Below, piece after piece: positions 16,449-26,800 of a DNA stretch of 31,459 nucleotides. Both the position numbers and the translations under genes were made by a program. The notes beneath the pieces are model-generated. The model was not told the origin of the DNA and ran no database searches. It was given only the letters and a program-made list of their open reading frames with translations. Source of the stretch: Phycisphaerae bacterium. Its GTDB lineage: Bacteria; Planctomycetota; Phycisphaerae; UBA1845. Position 1 is the first letter of the stretch. Each line of letters opens with the position of its first letter. The DNA lies in NCBI GenBank assembly GCA_046754365.1, contig JBHHVO010000001.1:1-31459 (forward strand), in the 5' to 3' direction.

Positions 16449-17729
16449 ATGTCCTCAGGACCGCAGTCCGGTTCGGCCGGTGAGCCCGTCGCCGACGGCG
16501 ACGATTCGACCGACACGGGGGTACCCAGATCCGCGGGCGCGGAGACGGCGGCAGGGTCGGCACCGCCGGCCGGGGGCGCTGACGCGCTTGGCGCCGCTGC
16601 GCCCGGTGGGGCGACGGTCGCGTCCGTGGCCGCCGGCGGTGGGGCGGTCGTGTCGGACGCCGGGTCGGACGACGTAGCACTCGTGGACAAGCTGGTCGAT
16701 GCGTACACGCGGATTCGGCATGAGATCGCGCGGGTGATTGTCGGTCAGGAATCCGTCTTGGAGGAGATGTTGATTGCGCTGTTTTGCAACGGCCACTGCA
16801 TTTTGGAGGGTGTGCCGGGGCTGGCCAAGACGCTCATGATCAGCACGCTGGCGCGGTCTCTGTCGCTGAGTTTCTCGCGGATTCAGTTCACGCCGGACCT
16901 GATGCCGTCGGACATCACGGGTACGGAGGTCATCGAGGAGGACAAGGGTACGGGGACGCGCTCGCTTCGCTTCGTGAAAGGGCCGGTGTTCGCGAACGCG
17001 GTGCTGGCCGACGAGGTCAACCGTACGCCGCCCAAGACGCAGGCGGCGTTGCTTGAAGCGATGCAGGAGAACCAGGTGACGGCGGCGGGTTTCCCGCACC
17101 GGCTTCCTCGGCCGTTCTTCGTGATGGCGACGCAGAATCCGATTGAACAGGAGGGCACGTATCCGCTGCCCGAGGCACAGCTCGATCGGTTCATGTTCAA
17201 GGTGTTGGTCGACTACCCATCGGAGGATGAGGAGTTCCAGATCGTCAAGCGCACCACGGCGCCGGTGGACCGCGCGGTGGAGCGCACACTCGACGCGCGC
17301 GAGATCATCAGCCTGCAGGACATCGTTCGGCGCGTGCCGTGTGCCGATCATGTTGTCCGTTACGCGATGCGGCTCGTCCGCTCGACGCGTGTGGATGAGG
17401 GTGACGTGCCGTCGTTCATCACGGATTACGTATCATGGGGTGCCGGGCCCCGTGCGTCGCAGTACCTCGTGCTCACCGGCAAGGCGCGCGCGATCCTGCA
17501 CGGCCGGTACTACGTGTCGTCGGACGACATCCGCGCCGTGGCCCACCCGGTTCTTCGTCACCGGATCCTCATGAACTTCAACGCCGACGCGGACGGCGTG
17601 ACCAGCGACAACATGGTCGACAGGCTGCTCGATGCGGTGTCGCTGGATCCACCGGTTACGTTGGACGAGGGAATGGCCAAGCGCGTGTTCGCGGCGCGCG
17701 ACCCTGAGCGGCCGGGGGAGGCGCGATGA
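16449..17729 (+). CDS. moxR: MoxR-family AAA+ ATPase
   Basis: Walker [24 protein letters not shown], Walker [52 protein letters not shown]. About 75-aa Ala/Gly/Asp-rich N-terminal extension. The symbol is a family-level name. Confidence 0.95.
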   Translation: MSSGPQSGSAGEPVADGDDSTDTGVPRSAGAETAAGSAPPAGGADALGAAAPGGATVASVAAGGGAVVSDAGSDDVALVDKLVDAYTRIRHEIARVIVGQESVLEEMLIALFCNGHCILEGVPGLAKTLMISTLARSLSLSFSRIQFTPDLMPSDITGTEVIEEDKGTGTRSLRFVKGPVFANAVLADEVNRTPPKTQAALLEAMQENQVTAAGFPHRLPRPFFVMATQNPIEQEGTYPLPEAQLDRFMFKVLVDYPSEDEEFQIVKRTTAPVDRAVERTLDAREIISLQDIVRRVPCADHVVRYAMRLVRSTRVDEGDVPSFITDYVSWGAGPRASQYLVLTGKARAILHGRYYVSSDDIRAVAHPVLRHRILMNFNADADGVTSDNMVDRLLDAVSLDPPVTLDEGMAKRVFAARDPERPGEAR

Positions 17730-17828
17730 CAACCGGGCGCGGAGGGATTTCGGCGCCACGGCGGTGCCTGACCCGGCGCCGCGCGATCTGCACCCCGTCG
17801 CCGCGCGACGTCCGAGCGGATATGTGAC

Positions 17829-18767
17829 GTGGCACCGGACGAACCGAACTACCGCAGGTATCTCGATCCGAAGGTGCTCGGCCGCATCGGCAACCTTGAG
17901 CTTCGCGCCCGCCTGGTGGTGGAGGGCTTCTTCAGCGGGATGCACCGGAGCCCGCGCCGCGGGCTTTCCATCGAGTTCGCGGACCATCGGGTTTATACGC
18001 AGGGCGACGACATCCGTCATATCGATTGGAAGGTCTTCGGTCGCACGGACAAGTACTACATCAAGGAGTACGAGCAGGAGACGAACCTGAATCTCATGCT
18101 CCTGGTGGACTGTAGCGAGTCGATGGGCTATCGCTCGACGAACGAGACGATGAGCAAGCATGCGTATGCCGCGACGATCGCCGCGGCGGTGGCGTACCTG
18201 GCGCTGCAGCAACAGGATTCGGTGGGGCTCGCGCTGTTTGACGACCGGATCACGGAGTTTCTCAAGCCGTCGAACAGCACGCACCATTGGCGAGCGCTGG
18301 TGAAGGAACTCGATCGCGGGACCGGTCGGGTCGGCACGTCGATCGATCGGGTGTTGGGTGAGCTGGCCGATCGACTCAACCATCGGACGCTGGTGTTCAT
18401 GATCAGCGACCTGTTGGACGCACCGGATGCGATCATGCGCGGTCTGAAGCTGTTGCGCTATCGGCGGCATGAAATCGTCGTGTGCGGCGTGTGGGACCGG
18501 GCGGAACTCTCGTTTCCGTTCACGGGACCGACGCTGTTTGACGGCTTGGAGGGATCCGGAACGCTGCTGACCGAACCGCGATCGCTGCGGCAGCGCTATG
18601 TCGAAGCGGTGGAGCGGTTTCACGCGCGGATGCGGACCGGTTGCAGCCACATGCATGCGGATTATGTGTTGTTCAACACATCGTCGTCGTTGGACGTGGC
18701 GCTGAGCGCGTATCTGGCCACACGGAGCGCGCGCATCCGCCAGCGAAGCTCGCGCGTGCTGGGATGA
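17829..18767 (+). CDS. DUF58 protein (vWA-like, MoxR partner)
   Basis: SGMHRSPRRGLSIEFADHRVYTQGDDIRHIDWKVFGRTDKYYIKEYEQE, then LLVDCSESM (DxSxS) and MISDLL. Confidence 0.92.
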   Translation: MAPDEPNYRRYLDPKVLGRIGNLELRARLVVEGFFSGMHRSPRRGLSIEFADHRVYTQGDDIRHIDWKVFGRTDKYYIKEYEQETNLNLMLLVDCSESMGYRSTNETMSKHAYAATIAAAVAYLALQQQDSVGLALFDDRITEFLKPSNSTHHWRALVKELDRGTGRVGTSIDRVLGELADRLNHRTLVFMISDLLDAPDAIMRGLKLLRYRRHEIVVCGVWDRAELSFPFTGPTLFDGLEGSGTLLTEPRSLRQRYVEAVERFHARMRTGCSHMHADYVLFNTSSSLDVALSAYLATRSARIRQRSSRVLG

Positions 18768-18940
18768 GCCAGAGGACGCGTGACCGTGGGCCGGGACCAC
18801 GGGGTCCCGACGTTGAGACGACATGGGATACGCACTCGTGTCATGTGGCCGTGTGGACCGGCGCCGGCATGGGTTGACGGTCGGCGGTGTGCGGGTGATG
18901 TGTTGATAGCCCTCGTCGCGGTGGTCCTGGACGGTGCTCG

Positions 18941-21157
18941 ATGTCGTGTGCGGGGGTATTGGCGGTGGCGTTTCTTCATCCCGGACTCGCCGGTGCGGCG
19001 CTGGCGGCCGGTCTGGTTCCGATTCTGATCCATCTGATCAACCGTCGGCGCTACCGCCGGGTGTCGTGGGCGGCGATGTCGTTCCTGTTGGCGGCGAGCA
19101 AGCGAAGTATCCGTCGCGTTCGGCTCGAGCAGTGGCTGTTGTTGCTGGCGCGCGTGGCGCCTGTGGTTTTGCTGGGCCTTGCGCTCGCCCGGCCGTACGT
19201 CCCGGCGTCCGGTCTTGTTTCGCTCGGGGTGTCGCGGTCTCATCGCGTGGTCGTCATCGACAACTCGATGTCGATGAACGCGCGGTATGACGCGGCGCCG
19301 GGATCGGCCGGGGACAGGACGCGGTTTTCCGTCGCGATGGCCACGGCGAAACGGCTGGTGGCGTCGTTCCCGATGAAGGACGCCGTGAGCGTCGTCACAC
19401 TGGCCGCACCGGCGCACGCCGTGCTCGCACAGGCCGGGTATGATCGGCGATTCGTAGAGGAACAACTCGCGAAGGTCGCGCCGACGCATCGCGCCGCCGA
19501 TGTTGCCGGTGGGCTCGCGCATGCGCTTCGGATCGTGCGTTCGTCCGATGTGCCACCCCAAAACCGGGCCGTGTACGTTGTGTCGGATCTGGCGGGATCG
19601 ACGTGGCGCGCCGGTGCGTCGGCGGTCGCACCCGGACCGACGCAGGCGGCGCGGAGGCTCGCTGCGCTGGCGGACGCGGCGGCGGTGACCGTCGTGCGTA
19701 CGGCCGGCTCGGCGGAAGTCAACGCGGCCGTGACGAGCGTGGCCACGGAGTCGCCCGTGGTGGGGGTGAACCAGCCCATGCGCATCGCGGCGACGGTGAC
19801 GAACTTCGCCCCGCGCACGCTGCGCGGCGCGGCGCTTCAGGTGGCCCTGGATGGACGGATCATCCATCGGTTGAGCCTGCCCGCCGTGGAGCCCGGTGCA
19901 TCCCAGGTCATGTCGGCGACCACGCTATGCGCGACGCCGGACACGCACGCGATCTCGGCGAAGGTGGTGGGCGTGCCGGGCGACGCGCTGCCGGAGGACG
20001 ACGCGCGCCATCTTTCGATCACAGTGCGCCGAACGGTTCCGGTGTTGCTCGTGGACGGTCGTATCGGTCCGACGCCGCTTTCCGGGCAGGCGGGGTACCT
20101 GGCCACGGCGCTGGCTCCCAGACCGAGTGCCACGGACGTGTCACTGATTGAACCGAAGATCGTCACGGAGCTGGAGCTCGACGGGGAGGCGCTCGACCGC
20201 TACGACGTGGTGGCGCTCTGCAACGTGCGGCGGTTGTCCCAGGGCCAATGGAAGGACATTGCGGCCCATGTCGCGCGCGGCGGCGGGTTGATGGTGTTCG
20301 GCGGCGACCTGGTAAGCGTGGACAACTACAACCGGTTCGGCCATGCGGACGGGCGGGGCGTGCTGCCCGGCCGACTCGGGCGTCCCGCCGCGGCAGGTGA
20401 CGAGGCGGATGCCGGCGCCGGGATCGTGCTGGGCGACGAGCGCCATCCGATCGTCGCAGAGCTGGCCGCAGAGCCCAACAGCGGACTCTTCACGGCGCGC
20501 GTGGACAAGCATCTGACACTCGAGGTGACGCGCGAGGACGTGGACACACTGCTGCGCTACACGGATGCGGAACCGGCGATCGTGCTCGCTACGTTCGGGG
20601 AAGGCAGGGTGGCGCTGTGTACGACGACGGCCGACATGGCGTGGACGAACCTGCCGGCCAAGGGAGACTATGTGTCGTTGATGTCCAACATCGTGTCGTT
20701 CATCGCGCCCGCCCTCGGCGGGCACCGCAACGTGACCGTGGGGCAGATGGTCGTCGAGCCGCTGCGGCCCGCGCAAGCGTCGATGTCGCTGCGGGTCACC
20801 GCCGGCGACGGTCGGGCGGACGACGGACGGCTGGTACCGGATGGTGAAGACGGGCTCGCGCTGGCGTTCGGCCCGGTGGAGGACCCCGGCGTCGTGACGT
20901 GCGCCGTCGGTCCGGACCGCATCGTGTTCGCGGTCAACGTCGATCCAGCCGAGTCGGACATCGGTGGTGCGACGGGCGACGACCTCGAGGGGATCGCCGG
21001 AGCGGATGCAACAATCATCGACGACCCGTCCGAGCTAGAGCGACGGCACTACGCGCCCCGGGCCAGCGAGCTGGCGCTGCTGGCCATGTACGCCGCGGTC
21101 GCGCTGCTGTTTGGCGAGATGTGGCTGGCCATGCGGCTGGGCCTGCGCGGCGGCTGA
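18941..21157 (+). CDS. BatA-N / vWA / Ig-like / GATase1-like membrane protein
   Basis: BatA-type N-terminus PILIHLINRRR..VSWAAMSFL with two TM helices, MIDAS VIDNSMS, VSD, Ig-like ATVTNF strand, YDVVALCNV..GGGLMVFGG, C-terminal TM ending GEMWLA. Confidence 0.85.
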   Translation: MSCAGVLAVAFLHPGLAGAALAAGLVPILIHLINRRRYRRVSWAAMSFLLAASKRSIRRVRLEQWLLLLARVAPVVLLGLALARPYVPASGLVSLGVSRSHRVVVIDNSMSMNARYDAAPGSAGDRTRFSVAMATAKRLVASFPMKDAVSVVTLAAPAHAVLAQAGYDRRFVEEQLAKVAPTHRAADVAGGLAHALRIVRSSDVPPQNRAVYVVSDLAGSTWRAGASAVAPGPTQAARRLAALADAAAVTVVRTAGSAEVNAAVTSVATESPVVGVNQPMRIAATVTNFAPRTLRGAALQVALDGRIIHRLSLPAVEPGASQVMSATTLCATPDTHAISAKVVGVPGDALPEDDARHLSITVRRTVPVLLVDGRIGPTPLSGQAGYLATALAPRPSATDVSLIEPKIVTELELDGEALDRYDVVALCNVRRLSQGQWKDIAAHVARGGGLMVFGGDLVSVDNYNRFGHADGRGVLPGRLGRPAAAGDEADAGAGIVLGDERHPIVAELAAEPNSGLFTARVDKHLTLEVTREDVDTLLRYTDAEPAIVLATFGEGRVALCTTTADMAWTNLPAKGDYVSLMSNIVSFIAPALGGHRNVTVGQMVVEPLRPAQASMSLRVTAGDGRADDGRLVPDGEDGLALAFGPVEDPGVVTCAVGPDRIVFAVNVDPAESDIGGATGDDLEGIAGADATIIDDPSELERRHYAPRASELALLAMYAAVALLFGEMWLAMRLGLRGG

Positions 21158-21209
21158 TGTGGGGCGTCCGGAGTCGGCACCGACCGCGTTGCATCAATAG
21201 GGAGCGCTC

Positions 21210-23726
21210 GTGCGGGATGTGATTCAGTGGCTGTTGGGGCTTGAGCATATCCGCCTCGGGCGCGATGCGCCGATCGTGTTTCAATGGCAGCACGAGCCTC
21301 GGGCGTGGCTGCTGTTTTGCGCGGCGGTTGTGGGGGGGGCGTGCGTCGCGCTCGTGTACCGGCGCGAGCGCGTCTCGACGACGCGGCGTGTCGTGCTCGC
21401 GCTGTTGCGCTGCGGTATGTTGGCGCTCGTCGTGGCGGTCATCTGCCAGCCCGCGCTGGTGCTGCGGCAGGACCGCATCGAGCCCTCACATGTGGCCGTA
21501 CTGGTCGACACGTCGCGCAGCATGGCCGCGCGCGACGAGCCGACAGCGCCGGATAACGCGCCGCGGCCGAAGCCCGCTGCATCGATCGGCGCGGCGGGTC
21601 TGACGCAGGAAGAGATCGGACCTCGACCACGCGCGGAGGACACAGCCCGCGCGGACACGGCGGACGAGACAGAGCGTGTGACCGATGTCGGCGCGCCGGT
21701 GCGTCCGAGCCGCATCGAGCGCGCCCGCGAGGCGCTGTTGGGCAACGATGCGGCCGTGCTGAGGCAACTGCTGGGGCGTCACGCCGTTCAGTTGTACGGT
21801 TTCGCCGGCGGCACGGAGGCGCTGGCGTATGCCGGGTCGGTCGATGACTTACCGGCGCTTGTCGACGCCCTTGGCACGCTGGTCGCCGACGGCGCGAGCA
21901 CCGACCTCGACGGAGCGCTCGCGCATGTCATCCGTCATGGTGAGGGGCGGCGTCTGGCCGGCATCGTGCTGGCTACGGACGGGCGGTCGACGCAGGTCGG
22001 CGCGGCCCGCGCGTCGGCCGGGCTTCACGATGTGTTGGACCTTGCGCGGGGACGGAAGATTCCGATCTTTCCGATCCGTATCGGTTCCACGACGGTTCCG
22101 CCGGACATCGAGGTCGGCCCGCTGCGTGCGGATGAACAGGTCTTCGTCCATGACATCCTCGCGGTGGAGGCGGATGTGGCGGGTCGCGGACTCGTCGATG
22201 CCGCGGAGGTAACGGTCACGCTCACGGACGAGCGCACGGGCCTGCCGGTCGCGTCGAAGACGATGACGTTGACGCCGGCGGAGCCGGAGACGACCGTGGA
22301 GCTGCGGACCAAGCCGTCACAGTCCGGGCGCGTGCGTTATCGCGTGGAGGCAACGCCCATAGCGCGGGAGCGTGTGCGCTCGAACAACGTGGACCGGATC
22401 GACGTCAACGTGCTGGATGACCGCGTGGCCGTGCTCTACGTTGAGCTGTATCCGCGCTACGAGTATCGCTATTTGAAGAACGCCCTCCTCCGTGAGGAGA
22501 CGGTCGCGCTGAGCGTGCTCCTGCTGGAAGCCGACGAAGCGTTCGTACAGGAGGGCACGTATCCGATCCGGCGGTTTCCGGAAACGCCCGAAGAGCTCGA
22601 CCGGTTCGACGTCGTGGTGTTCGGCGACGTGGACCCGCGCGGCGGTTGGCTCACGCCGGCGCAGATGAAGATGCTGCTTGCGTTCGTCGGGGATCGAGGC
22701 GGGGGGTTTGCACTCATTGCCGGAGAGCGCTATGCGCCCCACCGCTACCGCGGCACACCACTCGAGAAACTCATCCCGGTACGCATCGATCCGGCGTTTA
22801 TGGGCCGGTATGAAGCGACGATCGTGACGAGCTTTCGGCCGAGGCTGACGTGGGAGGGACGTCACAGCCGCATCTACCGTTTCGCCGCCGATGAGGCCGA
22901 GAGCGCGGCGATGTTCGAGGCGCTGCCCGACCTGTACTGGGTCGCGCGGACGCTGGGCCCCAAGCCCGGCGCCACGCTGCTGGCGGAACACCCGACGATG
23001 CGAACCACGACGGGGCGGCTGCCGCTGGTGGTGATCGGGCGGTACGGCGCGGGCAAGATCTTCTTTCAGGCGACGGACGAAACCTGGCGGTGGCGCCGGC
23101 ACACCGGGGAGTTGCTCTACGACACGTACTGGGTGCGCGTCGTGCGCGAGCTAATGCGATCGCAGCGTGTCGGGCGCGATCACAGGTACGTCATTCGTAC
23201 GGATCGCCGGCGATACGCGTATGGCCAACCGGTGCGGACGCAGGTCGAGTTCGACGATTCGCAGTTGCTCGCGCAGCAGGGCGACGTCGTGGCGATCGCG
23301 GTTCGGGACGACGGCGCAGCACTGGTTGGACGGATCGACGCGCAGCGCGTCGCGCCCGATGCGGCGCTGTTCGAGGCGGTCTACGTGCCGCCACGGGCGG
23401 GGAGCTTCGAGCTGAAGGCGGCGGACATCACGCCGCGAACGGGTGATCGCCCCGTGTCGGCGCTGATCCACGTCCGCCGGGCCGACCTGGAATCGCGTCG
23501 ACCCGAGGCCGACCACGCCACGCTCGAGCGCATCGCCGACGTCACCGACGCCGTGGTCGTGGACCCGGAGGACGTGAGCGAGGTACTGGCCGGGATTCGC
23601 GATCGCAGCGCGCGGATCCCGGACGACGTTACCGAGCCGATATGGGACTCGAAGTTGGTTTTGGGACTTTTCGTTCTTATGATCAGTATGGAATGGGTGT
23701 TGCGCAAGGCGTTCGGACTCGTGTAG
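21210..23726 (+). CDS. Membrane vWA / Ig-like / GATase1-like (DUF1355-type) protein
   Basis: GGGAG SD, two N-terminal TM helices, MIDAS LVDTSRS, LATDG, FDVVVFGDVD..GGGFALIAG, YGAGKIFF.ATDETWRWR, C-terminal TM ending MEWVLRKAFGLV. Confidence 0.85.
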   Translation: MRDVIQWLLGLEHIRLGRDAPIVFQWQHEPRAWLLFCAAVVGGACVALVYRRERVSTTRRVVLALLRCGMLALVVAVICQPALVLRQDRIEPSHVAVLVDTSRSMAARDEPTAPDNAPRPKPAASIGAAGLTQEEIGPRPRAEDTARADTADETERVTDVGAPVRPSRIERAREALLGNDAAVLRQLLGRHAVQLYGFAGGTEALAYAGSVDDLPALVDALGTLVADGASTDLDGALAHVIRHGEGRRLAGIVLATDGRSTQVGAARASAGLHDVLDLARGRKIPIFPIRIGSTTVPPDIEVGPLRADEQVFVHDILAVEADVAGRGLVDAAEVTVTLTDERTGLPVASKTMTLTPAEPETTVELRTKPSQSGRVRYRVEATPIARERVRSNNVDRIDVNVLDDRVAVLYVELYPRYEYRYLKNALLREETVALSVLLLEADEAFVQEGTYPIRRFPETPEELDRFDVVVFGDVDPRGGWLTPAQMKMLLAFVGDRGGGFALIAGERYAPHRYRGTPLEKLIPVRIDPAFMGRYEATIVTSFRPRLTWEGRHSRIYRFAADEAESAAMFEALPDLYWVARTLGPKPGATLLAEHPTMRTTTGRLPLVVIGRYGAGKIFFQATDETWRWRRHTGELLYDTYWVRVVRELMRSQRVGRDHRYVIRTDRRRYAYGQPVRTQVEFDDSQLLAQQGDVVAIAVRDDGAALVGRIDAQRVAPDAALFEAVYVPPRAGSFELKAADITPRTGDRPVSALIHVRRADLESRRPEADHATLERIADVTDAVVVDPEDVSEVLAGIRDRSARIPDDVTEPIWDSKLVLGLFVLMISMEWVLRKAFGLV

Positions 23727-23849
23727 CCGCGCGCGGTCGCGCGCCCTCATTTGCTTGCCGGTGCGCGGCCGTGCCATGGTCCCCGCGCCGCCGGCCACGC
23801 GCCGTGGATGGCGCGCCGTACAGCACGCCATGTGCCGATAGATCGTGTG

Positions 23850-26800
23850 ATGCATAACGCCTGGCTTGAGGAATCACGGATACTCACACGCCTGACCGCG
23901 TTGCGTCGCACGATACGCCGCCGGTTGCTCGCGTATGGCGTCTGCGCGGTCCTGGCCGGCGGGATTGTGGCGTTTCTCGTGGCGGTCACGTTGGATTGGC
24001 TGTTGTGGTTGCCGGCCGCCCTGAGGGCCGTGGGGGTCGTGGCGTTCGTCTGCGGCTTCGTGGCCGCGGTCCGCCACTGGGTGTTCCGGCCGCTGTGCGC
24101 GGCGGTCACGGTGGATGAGATCGCCGGGCAACTGGAGCGACACTTCGGACATCTGCAGGACCGCCTCACGAGTGCGGTCAACTTCCTGGGCAACGCCGAC
24201 GCGGGCTCCCCGACCATGATGCGGCGGGTGGTGTTGAACACCGACCGTGTGCTCGACCACACGCCCCTGGCGTCCGCGCTGTCGCTCAGGCCGCTCGTCG
24301 TGCGCATGGTCCTGCTGGCGCTGTCGATGTCGGTGTTCGTTTCGATCGCTTGGTTCGGGCGCGATTGGGTACGGACCGGCATGTACCGCTACATCTACCC
24401 GATGGGCGAGATCGAATGGCCGCGCCGCGTGTCCATCGCGCCGCTGACCGGTCGCGAGACCGTCGCGATCGGCGATTCGTTGACCGTGCGGATGCGGGTG
24501 GTCCGCGGCCTCAACGACGCGCTCCGCGGCATCGTCGTCCTGCGTGATCCGGACGGGACGACCGCGTCGCTCGCCATGCAGCGTGACATCGACGGTACGT
24601 TCTACGCAACGATCGACGCGATCACGCGTGACGTCCAATACTGGTTCGAGGCCGGTGACGACAGCACGCAACGCACGTTGCAAACGATCCACGCCGTCCG
24701 CCGCCCCGAGGTTGCGGAGGCGCTCATTGAAATCCAACCGCCACCCTATGCGGCCGACCGCCCCGCGCGCGTGCGAACCCTGGACGCCACGCCCGTCCGT
24801 GCGCCCATCGGTGGGCATATCGTCGTGGCCGTGCGCGTGAGCAAGCCGGTCGTGACCGCGACAGACGCACCGGAGACGGGACTCAGGCTTGATGATGAGA
24901 CGTTCCTCCCGTTCACACCGGAAGCGGGTGACTCCGAGCAGCTCACCGCCAGGTTTCCCGTCGTCCAGGATGTCCGCTTCCGGATCGAGCTTGTCGACGT
25001 GCACGGTCTGCATAACCGCGGTTTTGACGTCTTCACCGTGGAGGCGATGCCGGACATGCCGCCGAGCGTGACGCTCGTGGAGCCCAAGGGCACGGTGGAA
25101 GCGACGACGAACGGCGCGGTGCGCGTCGTGGCGCGCGTCGAGGACGATTTCGGGATCAGCCGGCTTGAACTTCAGGCGGAAACACTCGCGGACGCGGACG
25201 TCCGCCCCGGTTCGCTGGTTCTGCAATCGCTGCTCGACCGCGTCGTGCCGGTGACCGACGATGCCGAAATCCTCGCGATGGCCCCGTACGACTGGCATCT
25301 CGCGAACCTGCACCTTGCAGCCGGAGATATCGTCGTCTACCGCGTCGTCGCCACCGACAACTTCGCCACCAGCCCGGACGGTGACGCGGCCGCATCGCGT
25401 CGTGCGCCCGGTCGTACCGGTGCATCCCGTGGCGCGGCCGGGCACACGGGCGCATCGGGCGACATGCGGATCAAGATCATCAGCGACGTCGAGTTCGAGA
25501 TACGCCTCCGCGATGATTTGGCCCTGCTCGAGGCGCGTATTCGTCAGGCGCGGTTGGACCAGCTCGACGTGCTCGACCGTACAACCACACTCGTTCGCGC
25601 CACAGACGGAGGCAGCGAATCCACGACGTCCGCGTCCCATGCCGAAGCCAGCCTGCTTTCGGTGCCGCAGCGGGACACGGCGGCGGCGCTGGCCGCTGAG
25701 CAAACGCGTCTCGTCCGTCGCGTACGGGAGCTGGCCCGGCGGTTCCGCGCGCTCACCGAGCGCATGGCCCGCAACCATGCCGGCGCGGACGACACGCGCC
25801 GCCGGATCGCCGACGCCGCCGACGAGTTGCTCCGTATCGCCACCGAACCGATGGCGACGGCGAGCGGCCACTTACGCGGCGTCAACGACGAACCCCGTGC
25901 CATCGCGCAACACGCGTCGCTGCGCACGGCGGCGGACCAGGAGCAGCTCGCCGCCGATGGTTTGGAGTCCCTGATCCGCACCATGACCCAATGGGGAAGC
26001 TTTCACGGTCTGCTCGCCAAGACCAAGGATCTCCTCGATCGCCAGCAGGCGCTGCGACGGACCACTACGGAGATCGGAGAAACCACGCTCGGCAAGCCGG
26101 TCGACGCGCTCACGCCGGAGGAACACGCCGAACTCACGCGAAACAAGAGGACGCAGGAACAACTCGGAGGCGACGTCGAGCAGCTTCTGGCGCGCATGAG
26201 ACAGTTGCTCGAGCAGACCGGAGAAACCGATCGCGCCGATGCCGCGACGCTCGAAGACGCGCTGCGGGCCGCGCAGTCGCGTGAGGTCCTCAAGCACCTC
26301 CGCGCGGCCGCGGCGGCGATCGAAGCCAATCGCACCGCGGCTGCGGCGATCGATCAGCGAACGGCGGAAGACGCGATCCGTAAGATCATCGACGCACTCA
26401 ACCAGCGAAACGATCGCCGACTCGCCGAGCTGCGGAAACACCTGCGCTCCGCCGAAGAACAAGTCGCCGACCTGATCGCCCAGCAGCAACTCGTCAGGGA
26501 TGCGACGGAGGAAGCGGCGCGGATGGGAACCGACGACACGACGTTGGGGCGCCTCGCCGACCGGCAGCATACGCTCCAGCGCAATACCCGACTTCTGGGT
26601 GAAGACCTGGCCGATGTGGTTCGCGCGGTGCGGGCGGCTCGTCTCGTACGTCAGGCCGTTGCGCCTATGGTACGGGCCGAAGACTCGCTCCGTACGACCG
26701 ACGTCGACGTCGCCACCGCGCGTCAGGACGATGCGCTCGCGACGCTCCGCGCTGCGCTGGAACAACTCGAGACCCTGGCCGACGAAACCGCACAAGAGGC

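Noticed and set aside
14710-18809. Three intergenic hairpins closed by GGACC/GGTCC arms (14710, 16064, 18792) as a repeat family
   Set aside because: The shared part is only 5-7 nt and the loops differ completely, so it is not distinguishable from chance.
17433-26795. Long antisense ORFs (17433-18824, 18662-19867, 23874-25871, 25872-26795; likewise 1794-2831, 4142-5272, 6297-7259, 12254-13810)
   Set aside because: Stop-poor shadows of real genes in GC-rich DNA. Arg/Ala/His-biased translations with no recognisable motifs.
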